Positions 1 through 8,344 of a stretch of DNA of 64,000 nt are shown piece after piece. The stretch comes from a virus. The stretch is taken from positions 68,389 to 132,388 of IMG/VR virus record IMGVR_UViG_3300020045_010841. One strand, 5' to 3'. The position numbers and the translations under genes were made by a program. Each line of letters opens with the position of its first letter. Position 1 is the stretch's first letter. A model generated the notes under the pieces. That model was not told where the DNA came from and searched no databases. It saw only the letters and a list, made by a program, of their open reading frames with translations.

Positions 1-192
1 GCTTGCTCTAGATTAATCTTTTTGCGCCTCATATTATTTCTTCAACTTTTATTGAATTTTTCATATAAACACGAGTTTGAAGTTTAAATTTTATTAATAC
101 TTCTTCTTCATTAAATGCTTTAATTTCTTTTGATAAATCAACAGCCTCATCATTAATCTCTTTCCAATAATATACTCTATATTTTTTCATAA

Positions 193-393
193 TTATTCTT
201 CATTAATTATTAATTTACCTTCTCTCACTTGTAAAGAAGTATTAAATGACATTCCATGTCTTTGAGCTTTATTAAAATAATATTCAAATTGATCTGATGC
301 TACTCTAATTCCATCATGATCGTCTTTAGCAAAAATTAATTTATCTATAAATAGTTTCCCATTCGGTAATTGATATTTTATTCTAAATCTCAT
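193..393 (-). CDS. hypothetical protein
   Basis: ORF on coding strand, overlaps the stop of the upstream gene. Confidence 0.6.
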   Translation of the reverse strand: MRFRIKYQLPNGKLFIDKLIFAKDDHDGIRVASDQFEYYFNKAQRHGMSFNTSLQVREGKLIINEE

Positions 394-872
394 AATTGAT
401 GTATAAAATGTAATTGACTGAATTCTATTGGTTTATAATTAACTGCTTCACAAGATACATTTATATATCTTGGATCGTTTAACGTGTTTTCATGCACGTG
501 CCCATGTATATTATAAGAAAACCTATAATCTAATTCGTTTGGATGAACAGGACAATGAGTTAATAAATATTGCCCTTTGTAATTTAACATTCCTCCTACT
601 TTAGTAACATATTTTAATAAATCAGGAACGTGTTGGAATTTATCATGATTACCTAGTATTACTATCTTATCACCTTTAAGTCTATCTAATATAGAATATT
701 TGTTCTTTTCCATAGTGATGTCACCTAAAATATAAACCATATCTCTTTTTGAAATGACTTCATTCCAATTATATACTATTTGTTCATTCATTTCTTCCTC
801 ACAAGAAAAACCTCTCTTAATAGCCATGTTTTTGTGATGGAAGTGGGGGTCGGATATGAAAAACACACTCAT
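390..872 (-). CDS. calcineurin-like metallophosphoesterase
   Basis: SDPHFHH, LGDI, GNHD, THCP and HGHVH motifs. Confidence 0.9.
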   Translation of the reverse strand: MSVFFISDPHFHHKNMAIKRGFSCEEEMNEQIVYNWNEVISKRDMVYILGDITMEKNKYSILDRLKGDKIVILGNHDKFQHVPDLLKYVTKVGGMLNYKGQYLLTHCPVHPNELDYRFSYNIHGHVHENTLNDPRYINVSCEAVNYKPIEFSQLHFIHQL

Positions 873-1060
873 TATTCTATTAATTTTCTTGTTAAACTTT
901 TTCCAATTTTAAACCAATTAGATTCACCTATTTCTCCTTTCCAATATTCACAGTTTGAATCTTCCCGTACTAAAACAACTATTCCTACTAAACTTATTGC
1001 TAATATAAACGTCATTATCATCCATACTATTAATACTAAACTAATTCCCAATGTTTTCAT
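872..1060 (-). CDS. small membrane protein
   Basis: hydrophobic N-terminal helix. Confidence 0.6.
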   Translation of the reverse strand: MKTLGISLVLIVWMIMTFILAISLVGIVVLVREDSNCEYWKGEIGESNWFKIGKSLTRKLIE

Positions 1061-1075
1061 AATCTTTATTTATAT

Positions 1076-1306
1076 TTATAATTCTGTCCAGTAATCTGGT
1101 TCTATTAAACTAAAACAACCTAAATTTTCTATTTCCCAATAATATTGTTCATCAATACTCATAACAGGCAATTCATCTTTTAATAATTTAGCTTTATATA
1201 TTTCTTTTTGGTTTATATTTTCTATTTTTATTAAAACCCATTTATTTAAATTGGGAAGACTATTTAATCCTAGTCTCATATATATTTTATTCCATTCGGG
1301 ATTCAT
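1076..1306 (-). CDS. hypothetical protein
   Basis: ORF directly downstream of promoter at 1340. Confidence 0.6.
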   Translation of the reverse strand: MNPEWNKIYMRLGLNSLPNLNKWVLIKIENINQKEIYKAKLLKDELPVMSIDEQYYWEIENLGCFSLIEPDYWTEL

Positions 1307-1339
1307 ATTATAAATGGTTAATTATTAATATTCTACTTT

Positions 1340-1352
1340 GTAAATATACGAA
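1340..1352 (-). promoter_or_regulatory. phage promoter TTCGTATATTTAC (representative of about 35 copies)
   Basis: + strand gtaaatatacgaa or close variant recurs upstream of minus-strand starts, e.g. near 4390, 5946, 9252, 9686, 10483, 13613, 14692, 14779, 15013, 16921, 17708, 19396, 20038, 21184, 22274, 23420, 23528, 23647, 23857, 24413, 24577, 26252, 27950, 29145, 31694, 33799, 35743, 36817, 37795, 40101, 49872, 57498, 60183, 61395; resembles Bacteroidota -7 box TAnnTTTG. Confidence 0.85.
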
Positions 1353-1410
1353 AATTGTTTTATATAAACTAAGAAAGTCCTTGATTTCTCAAGGACTCTT
1401 ATATAAATAT

Positions 1411-1700
1411 GTTGTTGGGAATTAAAGTGATATAGACGTTAACAAAACTAAAAACTAAATCAAAGACCTTCTTCTATTTCAAAGGCAAAATCAAAAACTA
1501 AGTCTCTTTCGTTAACCACTTTTAATCTTATCCATTATGGCTCAACCATAATTTCACTTAAGTAACATGTTTAACTAGGGAGTTCTATCTCAGTTTTGGG
1601 TTGTTTTTAGAAGAAGCGAAGTTATCAATGGACAATTAAGTCCCCTTATTTTGCTGTTAGTTTATATATCATATAATTATAAATAACTTTAATCCCAACA
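1411..1700 (-). ncRNA. candidate structured RNA (~290 nt)
   Basis: no ORF of 60 aa or more; ends complementary (GTTGGGAATTAAAGT / ACTTTAATCCCAAC); internal hairpins. Confidence 0.4.
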
Positions 1701-1747
1701 TAAAATCTAAAGATATAGGCTTATGCTTTTATCTTTTCAATACCATA

Positions 1748-2668
1748 TTATTCTAATTGTTTTAAAAATATATCTACTACTGGTTGAAATAAAATATCAA
1801 CATCAATTTTTAATAAAATAGCTTCCTCAATTCTCTTTTGACGTTTGCTTTCAAAATCATGAGTAGCTTTTTGAGCATCGGCTAACCATAATTTATAAGT
1901 TCTACTATAATCTTCTAGTATAATCTTATTTTTCTCATTAATTTCTGATTGTTGCATTGCATTTTCTTGAGAAATATATGAGTTTTGGGACGTAACTAAG
2001 TTTTTAATTTTAGATTTAAAATAGTTTACTTTTTGTTCATATCCTCTATGTAATGAAGATAATTCTTCATGTATCTTAAGAAGTTGTTCTGAAGTGTGGT
2101 GAATTTCAACTAACATTGGTGATTTCTTACCAACCTCAATCTCCATAAATTCTAATGTCTTTATCGTTGGAATTTCTGTTCTTAATTTATCTAAAGTACC
2201 TCCTTTATGAATAAATTGACCGATATGAGCAGCATATGCTTCCGCTTCTAAAAACATATTATAATCTCCCGAACTTAATTGTTCCCACCCCCAACTTTCG
2301 TCTACTAAAGGTTTTGGTTTCAAAAAATGAGTCTCAGGATGTTCTGGTTCTGGGATTATATTACTATAATCAAATTTTTCATTCTTAATAGATTGAATTA
2401 TATCATCTTTTGCTTTAATATTTTCCATCAAAAATGCTTGAGTAGCATGCAATGATGCTTTCTCATTCAAAAGAGAAACAATATTTGAAGGGATTTCATT
2501 TTTAGTAGTTTCAATATATTCCCTTTTATTAATTGTTAATTTTCGAGAATAATTATTGATATTAGAAAGTTTAGCAGTAATATCTCTACTTCTTTGATTA
2601 CAAAGATTTGATATTGATTGTGCTTGGGACATAGATAATCCCTTTGTAGAAAGTGAATTCTTTTTCAT
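1748..2668 (-). CDS. hypothetical coiled-coil-rich protein
   Basis: 306 aa ORF directly downstream of tRNA-Met. Confidence 0.8.
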   Translation of the reverse strand: MKKNSLSTKGLSMSQAQSISNLCNQRSRDITAKLSNINNYSRKLTINKREYIETTKNEIPSNIVSLLNEKASLHATQAFLMENIKAKDDIIQSIKNEKFDYSNIIPEPEHPETHFLKPKPLVDESWGWEQLSSGDYNMFLEAEAYAAHIGQFIHKGGTLDKLRTEIPTIKTLEFMEIEVGKKSPMLVEIHHTSEQLLKIHEELSSLHRGYEQKVNYFKSKIKNLVTSQNSYISQENAMQQSEINEKNKIILEDYSRTYKLWLADAQKATHDFESKRQKRIEEAILLKIDVDILFQPVVDIFLKQLE

Positions 2669-2693
2669 AATCTTAATTTAATATAGTTAATTG

Positions 2694-2766
2694 TGGTCCA
2701 TGCGGGATTTGAACCCGCAACCTTCGCGTTATGAGCGCGCTTCTCTACCAGTTGAGATAACGGACC
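2694..2766 (-). tRNA. tRNA-Met/Ile2 (CAT)
   Basis: cloverleaf, anticodon loop CTCATAA, T-loop TTCAAAT. Confidence 0.85.
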
Positions 2767-2950
2767 TAAGTTGGAAAGTATTTAGAGATACTTTCCTTTA
2801 AAAGTTCTTTTTCACCCAAAAGTATACTTTAAAACTCTAAAGGTTTGACTTTGTTAAAGGAAAAAATCAAACTAAACCCTACTATTATTCTCATCTTTGA
2901 TTTTTCGATAATCAATTTCTAAATAGCATAGTACAATAAAACGCTCTAGT

Positions 2951-3023
2951 TGCGACGCTGTGGAGTCGAACCACATTCGTGTAGCTTATGAGACTACCCT
3001 CGATACCAACCGATTCCGCCCGC
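2951..3023 (-). tRNA. divergent tRNA (CAT)
   Basis: loop CTCATAA, T-arm TGTGG TTCGACT CCACA; imperfect acceptor stem. Confidence 0.6.
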
Positions 3024-3031
3024 CATTTGTT

Positions 3032-3128
3032 GCTGATTAATAAGGATTCGAACCTTAAACCTGTCTCCCCGTTCACAAAGTTTATCTAAGTTACTACGTT
3101 CAAATGTGCACCTTTACACCATAATCAA
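3032..3128 (-). ncRNA. tRNA-like RNA with expanded anticodon region
   Basis: acceptor TTGATTA/TAATCAG, D-arm and T-arm present; ~45 nt irregular middle. Confidence 0.55.
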
Positions 3129-3161
3129 TCGATGACTTGCAAATCATCATATAAAGGTTAA

Positions 3162-3863
3162 TTACTCCTTTATTTTACTTTTATGTTTTTTACAAACACC
3201 CCATATTTCTGGAATTTTATTTTTTACAAACTTACCTGAATATTGTGGTGACCAATTCATTAGTATTCCTAATTCTATTAACCACCCTTGTTTAGAAAAA
3301 TCAATATTAGATTCTTTTATTTTAAATATTTTTAATTGTAAATCAATTTCTTTTTGTTTTATCCTTTCAATATTTAAATGGTCTTTTATAACTTTATCTC
3401 TAGATACTCGTCTTATTTGACTTACATTTTTATTTTTACTCTTGTAAGTATCCTGAATAGAATCACAATTAGAACATAAGAATCTTAAATTAGATAATTC
3501 ATTATTGTTATTAATCCCATCCTTATGATCTAAAATTAAAGGCATTATTTTACCTTTCCAATTTTCATCTTGCCCACAACATTCACAAATATAAGGAATT
3601 AATCCTTTATTTTTAATTCTATTTTTTATAACAGTTCTATCTACTTTGGAATCCTTAACAAACAATTCTCCATCAGATAATATATTTCTATTTACTCTTA
3701 AATGGAAGTGAGAAATATTAATATTAAATTTTTCAATTTCACCTTTAAGTCTTTTTAATGAACCATTACAATAAGATAATCCTAATTTTAATGTAACTTC
3801 TTTAAAATTAGTACTATCTTTGATAATAGGTTCTAAAATTTCTTTACTATATTTAATTTTCAT
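3162..3863 (-). CDS. HNH endonuclease (putative homing)
   Basis: CECCG...LDHKDG..NN...NLRFLCSNC; start trimmed to MKIKY after promoter. Confidence 0.85.
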   Translation of the reverse strand: MKIKYSKEILEPIIKDSTNFKEVTLKLGLSYCNGSLKRLKGEIEKFNINISHFHLRVNRNILSDGELFVKDSKVDRTVIKNRIKNKGLIPYICECCGQDENWKGKIMPLILDHKDGINNNNELSNLRFLCSNCDSIQDTYKSKNKNVSQIRRVSRDKVIKDHLNIERIKQKEIDLQLKIFKIKESNIDFSKQGWLIELGILMNWSPQYSGKFVKNKIPEIWGVCKKHKSKIKE

Positions 3864-3928
3864 AATATTATATTTTGATATAAATATACGAAAATAAAAC
3901 TCGAACCCAAATTTCTTCAATAGAATTG

Positions 3929-4002
3929 CCGAGATAGAGAGATTCGAACTCTCTTCGAACGCATAGACAGTGCGTCATCCTTCACCAGTGGACCTTATCT
4001 CG
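3929..4002 (-). tRNA. tRNA-Asp (GTC)
   Basis: ACGCA-CTGTCTA-TGCGT anticodon arm. Confidence 0.85.
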
Positions 4003-4085
4003 AATTTGGCGATTTCGTACTAGAATTTCCATTTTGTAAAAATCGAAACTCCCTCATTCGCCACGAGGTGTAACTGCATAAATCG

Positions 4086-4160
4086 TGGGCCTGACGGGGT
4101 TCGAACCCGCAACCTTCGCAGTGCAAATGCGACGCTCTTCCTATTAGCAGCTTCAGGGCC
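4086..4160 (-). tRNA. tRNA-Ala (TGC)
   Basis: TCGCA-TTTGCAC-TGCGA arm, canonical T-loop. Confidence 0.85.
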
Positions 4161-4170
4161 AGTAACTATG

Positions 4171-4241
4171 TAGCCCGTGACGGTAACGATCCGTCTTTCT
4201 TTGATCGAAAATCAAATGTCCTGCCTTTAGACGAACGGGCC
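4171..4241 (-). tRNA. tRNA-Glu (TTC)
   Basis: TTTGA-TTTTCGA-TCAAA arm. Confidence 0.8.
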
Positions 4242-4423
4242 AAATTTAATAAGTTATAGAGGTTTTTGGTGGTTCCCGCGTCTAGCCATTACCAAACTAA
4301 CTACATTCGTAATAACATAAAGTTATTAATTCTATTTTAATCATGTAAGATTTACCTTTCTATCTTTTACGCTTATAACTTATTATATCGTGAATATACG
4401 ATTTAAAATTTGTATATCCAAAT

Positions 4424-5107
4424 TTATTTTAAAATATCTTGAAAATTTTGTTTTACAAATTTTAAACAATATTGAGGTGATTTATTTAGTAATTTACTTA
4501 CCTCAATCCCCCAAGTTTTTTTAGTAAAATCTATATTAGATTCTATTAATTGTTGTTTAATTTGTTCTAATTTTAATATTTTATTAGAATTATTTTTTAA
4601 TATTCTAATTTTATCTTCTTTAGCTTTTGAATACCCCTTTTTATTTCTACCTGCAAATGTTTTAGTTTGAGAATGACAATTAGGGCAAATTATTTTTAAA
4701 TTAATAATCTCATTATTTTGATTATTCCCATCTATATGATCTAATTGTAATATTATTGGTTTATTATTCCAAACATTTTCAATACCACAATCTTCACATT
4801 TATCTTCTTTTAAACCTAAAATTAATAATCTTTTTTTCATATCTTGATTATTTAATTTAGATTTTGTTGGATTACAAAATATATCTTCAAAAGATATTAT
4901 TCTACTTAATTTTACATTTGATTTTTCAAAAATTTCCTTTCTAGTTAAGAAATGAGAATTATCTAGATTAAAAAAATTTATGTAATAGTCTAAAGTTTTA
5001 TAATTTTTACCCCAAGGTTGTAAACCAAAAGAAACTAAAACATCTTTTTTAGTATTATTATCTTTTAATACTTGTTCTAATAAATTTTTGTTATTTAATA
5101 TGCTCAT
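4424..5107 (-). CDS. HNH endonuclease (putative homing), paralog of 3162-3863
   Basis: CEDCG...LDHIDG.N.NN...NL..ICPNCHSQT; shared C-terminal ESNIDF...W...SPQY..KFVK. Confidence 0.88.
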   Translation of the reverse strand: MSILNNKNLLEQVLKDNNTKKDVLVSFGLQPWGKNYKTLDYYINFFNLDNSHFLTRKEIFEKSNVKLSRIISFEDIFCNPTKSKLNNQDMKKRLLILGLKEDKCEDCGIENVWNNKPIILQLDHIDGNNQNNEIINLKIICPNCHSQTKTFAGRNKKGYSKAKEDKIRILKNNSNKILKLEQIKQQLIESNIDFTKKTWGIEVSKLLNKSPQYCLKFVKQNFQDILK

Positions 5108-5160
5108 ACAATTTTAATTTATTATAAATATATGAAAGGAATATTAAATATCAAAAAAAG

Positions 5161-5232
5161 AGCGTCATTCCGGGTTCGAACCGGATCCTTCTCTTTGGAA
5201 GAGAGACAAACCACCAACAATTCTTATAACGC
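5161..5232 (-). tRNA. tRNA-Gly (TCC)
   Basis: TCTCT-CTTCCAA-AGAGA arm. Confidence 0.8.
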
Positions 5233-5314
5233 AAATAAGATAAACTTTAGCCTTATATACTAAATGAGACCCTTTAAATTATCACTAACCCTAGGTGTGA
5301 TCTATTTATCTTTG

Positions 5315-5389
5315 TACCTCTGGTCGGTCCTGCCCCGACAAAATCTCTTGTTTCTAAGACAAGCGGCTTTTCTATTTGCCCACAAAGGC
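5315..5389 (-). tRNA. tRNA-Leu (TAG), short variable arm, atypical T-loop
   Basis: CTTGT-CTTAGAA-ACAAG arm; T-loop GGCAGGA. Confidence 0.75.
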
Positions 5390-5395
5390 TTATTT

Positions 5396-5501
5396 AAATT
5401 ATTTACAGGGTAGAGGATTTACCTACCGCATTTCTATCCATTTCTCCATTAGTTATCTCGAGTTCTAACGAAGCGCGACATTTCTACCCTGTAAATAATT
5501 T
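5396..5501 (-). ncRNA. small structured element closed by a perfect 19-bp inverted repeat
   Basis: AAATTATTTACAGGGTAGA ... TCTACCCTGTAAATAATTT between two tRNAs. Confidence 0.5.
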
Positions 5502-5502
5502 G

Positions 5503-5582
5503 TACCCCAGGTAGGACTCGAACCTACACCCTTTCGGAACGGCGCTTAAAACCGTCGTGTCTACCAATTCCACCACTGAGGC
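5503..5582 (-). tRNA. tRNA-Leu (TAA)
   Basis: ACGGT-TTTAAGC-GCCGT arm, long variable arm. Confidence 0.9.
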
Positions 5583-5585
5583 ATT

Positions 5586-5658
5586 TAAGGTGTGTTACCC
5601 TTACACTACCGAACCTCAGTCCGAGGCCCAGGTCAGATTCGAACTGACAATCTCCTTA
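5586..5658 (-). ncRNA. circularly permuted tRNA-like module (T-arm, closed acceptor hairpin, D-arm)
   Basis: TAAGG-AGATT-GTCAG TTCGAAT CTGAC-CTGGGCCTC GGACT GAGGTTCGG-TA-GTGT AAGGGTA ACAC-A-CCTTA. Confidence 0.65.
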
Positions 5659-5737
5659 TTTTATCTTATGTAAGATCACTTATCAATTTCGGTAGCGTCC
5701 TCTAGTTACATTGTAATAGAGGGTCGACTCTTAATTG

Positions 5738-5809
5738 AGGGTTTATAGAGGATCGAACTCTAAACTCTTAGTTTTGCAAACTAGAGGCTTAACCATCAGC
5801 CTTAAACCC
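5738..5809 (-). tRNA. tRNA-Cys (GCA)
   Basis: TAGT-TTGCAAA-ACTA arm. Confidence 0.8.
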
Positions 5810-5813
5810 ATTT

Positions 5814-5896
5814 TAAATAATATGTTTTTGTATCATATCTCCGAATAAAATTACATTACTAAAAATTCGGGCTCTTACTATTTGAGCTAATTATTT
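5814..5896 (-). pseudogene. degenerate tRNA-like element with ~20-nt anticodon loop
   Basis: D-arm GCTC..GAGC, CCGAA..TTCGG stem, AT-only acceptor. Confidence 0.4.
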
Positions 5897-6010
5897 AAAT
5901 TTCTATATAAATATTAAGGTATTAACCTTAACCTTAATCTTACTTCGTAAATATATGAATAAATATTTAGTAAACCAAATTTATTTTAATAAATTTACTT
6001 ATTTCTTTTA

Positions 6011-6511
6011 TTAAAAAAGTAAATATTTTTCCCAATTTTTAGGTATATCATCAACACTTTTTAATAACATAAGATAATGTGGGCGTTTTGGTTGAGGTAT
6101 TTCTTTACCATATTCTTCTAACGTTAAATCTGCTTTTTCCCCATTACATTTTCTACATGCTGTAACAACATTTTCAAATGTGTTTTTACCCCCTTTTGAT
6201 GTTGGTTGGACGTGGTCTAATGTTAATGTTTTTCTATTATCACATCCACAATAAACGCATTCGTAATTATCCCTTTTATAAACATTTTCACGTGAAAATG
6301 GAACTTTTTGGAATTGTTGATTAACATATTTATGAACTCGAATAATAGATGGTTTTTTAATATCAAGTAATGGATTAACAAGTTTGAAACTTTCATCATG
6401 TTCTGCAATTACTTCTGCATTTCCTTTATATGATATAACAAAAGCCCTATCTGCATTTATTATACTTCTAGCTATATAACTAGAATCTATTACTAATGTT
6501 TTCTTATTCAT
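6011..6511 (-). CDS. HNH endonuclease (McrA-like)
   Basis: RDNYECVYCG...TLDHVQP.SKGG....EN.VTACRKCN..K. Confidence 0.9.
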   Translation of the reverse strand: MNKKTLVIDSSYIARSIINADRAFVISYKGNAEVIAEHDESFKLVNPLLDIKKPSIIRVHKYVNQQFQKVPFSRENVYKRDNYECVYCGCDNRKTLTLDHVQPTSKGGKNTFENVVTACRKCNGEKADLTLEEYGKEIPQPKRPHYLMLLKSVDDIPKNWEKYLLF

Positions 6512-6696
6512 AACTTATGTTGTGTTTTTCTATTATATTTCCAAGAACGATATTCTCTATATTCTTGACCATATAATCCTGATTTCTTTACTCTATGGCC
6601 TTCTTCCCAATATGGAGGGTATAAATCATTTAAATATGTTATTCTGTACTCCTTATTATTGATAGCTTTATTATATCTATATCTATTTGCACTCAT
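6508..6696 (-). CDS. small basic hypothetical protein
   Basis: ORF overlapping HNH start; preceded by uORF and hairpin. Confidence 0.6.
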   Translation of the reverse strand: MSANRYRYNKAINNKEYRITYLNDLYPPYWEEGHRVKKSGLYGQEYREYRSWKYNRKTQHKL

Positions 6697-6721
6697 TTTT
6701 ACTCATTTTAGGTTATTAAAC

Positions 6722-6748
6722 CTAATGAGCGTCGAATTTCTTTTTCAT
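6722..6748 (-). promoter_or_regulatory. leader uORF MKKKFDAH* with hairpin covering a downstream ATG
   Basis: CTCATTAGGTT-TAAT-AACCTAAAATGAG stem includes the TAG stop and an ATG. Confidence 0.5.
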
Positions 6749-6762
6749 AATTAATTTATTAG

Positions 6763-6834
6763 CGCGCCTGGAAGGTTACGATCCCTCTATTTTTGGTTTG
6801 GAAGCAAATGTGTTACCGATTACACCACAGACGC
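6763..6834 (-). tRNA. tRNA-Trp (CCA) (alternative reading Gly TCC)
   Basis: TTTGC-TTCCAAA-CCAAA arm with one mismatch, G discriminator. Confidence 0.65.
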
Positions 6835-6909
6835 AATTATAGTCTTTCCTATTAGTCATATAATGGATTTTTATACGTAATTTAGGTACCTACTATCCCA
6901 ACCTTATTG

Positions 6910-6980
6910 AACCCCTACTTGGACTCGAACCAAGATTCTATCTTTAGAAGAGATATGTTCTTCCTTTAAACTATAAGGGC
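6910..6980 (-). tRNA. tRNA-Arg (TCT)
   Basis: TATCT-CTTCTAA-AGATA arm. Confidence 0.88.
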
Positions 6981-6986
6981 ATTTTG

Positions 6987-7060
6987 AACACCTAATAGGA
7001 CTCGAACCTACAATCTATTGATTCGTAATCAATTGCTCTATCCAGTTGAGCTATAAGTGC
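6987..7060 (-). tRNA. tRNA-Arg (ACG)
   Basis: ATTGA-TTACGAA-TCAAT arm, canonical D and T loops. Confidence 0.92.
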
Positions 7061-7120
7061 ATAAAGACCTGATATCCGAGTTTCCATCCTACTCAGGTCA
7101 TGATAGGCTTCCTACGGGTT

Positions 7121-7193
7121 GGGTGTAAGAACGGTACCGCCCCGTCTTCCTCTGCTTCACAAACAGCCACTTCACTAAAAAGCTTCAAACACC
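7121..7193 (-). tRNA. tRNA-His (GTG)
   Basis: CTGT-TTGTGAA-GCAG arm; T-loop GGCGGTA. Confidence 0.75.
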
Positions 7194-7198
7194 ATATA

Positions 7199-7300
7199 AA
7201 TTAAAGATTGGACTCGAACCAACACTAAGTTTATTTCATCCTCAGCCATATCCTTAGATCTAATGTCTAAGTTAGGTGTTTACCATTTCACCACTCTAAT
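7199..7300 (-). ncRNA. tRNA-like RNA with branched/expanded anticodon arm
   Basis: acceptor ATTAGAG/CTTTAAT, canonical D and T arms; internal CTTAGA-CATTAGA-TCTAAG hairpin plus insert. Confidence 0.6.
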
Positions 7301-7303
7301 TTG

Positions 7304-7371
7304 TACCGAATACTAGTAACGCTCTAGTCTAAGATTGGATATGAGCCATTCTTGATCCTTGATCATTCGGT
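7304..7371 (-). tRNA. short tRNA (CAT) with reduced D-arm
   Basis: acceptor ACCGAAT/ATTCGGT; loop CTCATAT; T-loop AGCGTTA. Confidence 0.6.
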
Positions 7372-7375
7372 ATTG

Positions 7376-7459
7376 CAGAGAAAAGAGGTCACGATCCCCA
7401 TGCGAATTACGCACACACTGTTTAGCAAACAGGTCCAACTCCTAGTTAGTACATTCTCT
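7376..7459 (-). tRNA. tRNA-Ser (GCT)
   Basis: CTGT-TTGCTAA-ACAG arm, long variable arm. Confidence 0.75.
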
Positions 7460-7465
7460 ATTTTG

Positions 7466-7538
7466 TAGGCATACCCAGATTCGAACTGGGATTATATCGG
7501 TATCAGCGATGTATCCTAACCATTTAGATGATACGCCT
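7466..7538 (-). tRNA. tRNA-Ile (GAT)
   Basis: ATCG-CTGATAC-CGAT arm. Confidence 0.85.
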
Positions 7539-7635
7539 AATTTAATTACTAAAGCAGGTAGTCCTCCTGCGAATATTTTATTGCGGTCGTCATTTCCTGA
7601 CACCAGGTCACTTTTTATTTATTTTAGTAATTTTG

Positions 7636-7709
7636 CTCCTCAGGTAGGGCTCGAACCTACATATCTCTTGTTTAACAGACAAGCGCTTTCACCATTTAGC
7701 TACTGAGGA
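7636..7709 (-). tRNA. tRNA-Asn (GTT)
   Basis: CTTGT-CTGTTAA-ACAAG arm. Confidence 0.92.
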
Positions 7710-7783
7710 ATAATATTCGTCTTTCCGAATTGTCAAACGTCTATCCGTTGGTCATTTATCGTTCGGCATTACCCGAAACGTCG

Positions 7784-7855
7784 AGGACCTGGAGAATTTC
7801 GAAATCTCAACCCGCTACCTAACAAATAGCCGCTCTGCCTTTGAGCTACAGATCC
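7784..7855 (-). tRNA. tRNA (GTT), second Asn-anticodon gene
   Basis: GCTAT-TTGTTAG-GTAGC arm. Confidence 0.75.
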
Positions 7856-7938
7856 AATAATCAGTAATTATCCTACATACTCCGTCGAGTCCTCGATAAA
7901 TTTATATCCATCACTGCTGATTACCTGTGACTTACAAT

Positions 7939-8014
7939 TGGTGGGGACTATCGGTTACGCTCCGATCTCTCTAACTCTTCAGGCTAGCGCTTTCACTAGA
8001 TTAGCTTAATCCCC
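7939..8014 (-). tRNA. tRNA-Phe (GAA)
   Basis: CTAGC-CTGAAGA-GTTAG arm; encoded CCA; T-loop AGCGTAA. Confidence 0.8.
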
Positions 8015-8100
8015 AAATTCCGGTCTGTCCAAATGATCGCGAACGATTTCGCGTTAAGGACCGAGGCGTGTGGCCGGCAATCACTTCAGTGCGTTATTAG

Positions 8101-8331
8101 TTATTGGTGGTGTTTTATATAACGACCAAATTTATCTACTCTAACGTTACAACGTTCAAGTATTAAATTCCAATTACTAAAGTTAGACAATCTTGTTTTT
8201 GCTTGTGCTAATTTTAATGCATTAGCTTCTGCTTTACTACGATCCTTATCTGTTGTTTCAACGAAATAAGTGGGAGCTTGACTTCCGTTCTGAACGGGTG
8301 TTACTCTCCAAATTCTGATTTGTGTTTCCAT
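8101..8331 (-). CDS. hypothetical protein within tRNA array
   Basis: 76 aa ORF whose start lies in a hairpin shared with a uORF. Confidence 0.7.
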   Translation of the reverse strand: METQIRIWRVTPVQNGSQAPTYFVETTDKDRSKAEANALKLAQAKTRLSNFSNWNLILERCNVRVDKFGRYIKHHQ

Positions 8332-8344
8332 AATAGCTAATTAG

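Noticed and set aside
1411-1700. tmRNA or diversity-generating-retroelement template
   Set aside because: No tRNA-Ala-like ends, no reverse transcriptase in the window and no matching variable repeat seen
7240-7275. Ochre-suppressor tRNA or stop-codon recoding
   Set aside because: The TTA loop lacks U33 and sits in an aberrant arm; known enzymes translate intact with the standard code, and TAA, TAG and TGA all act as stops
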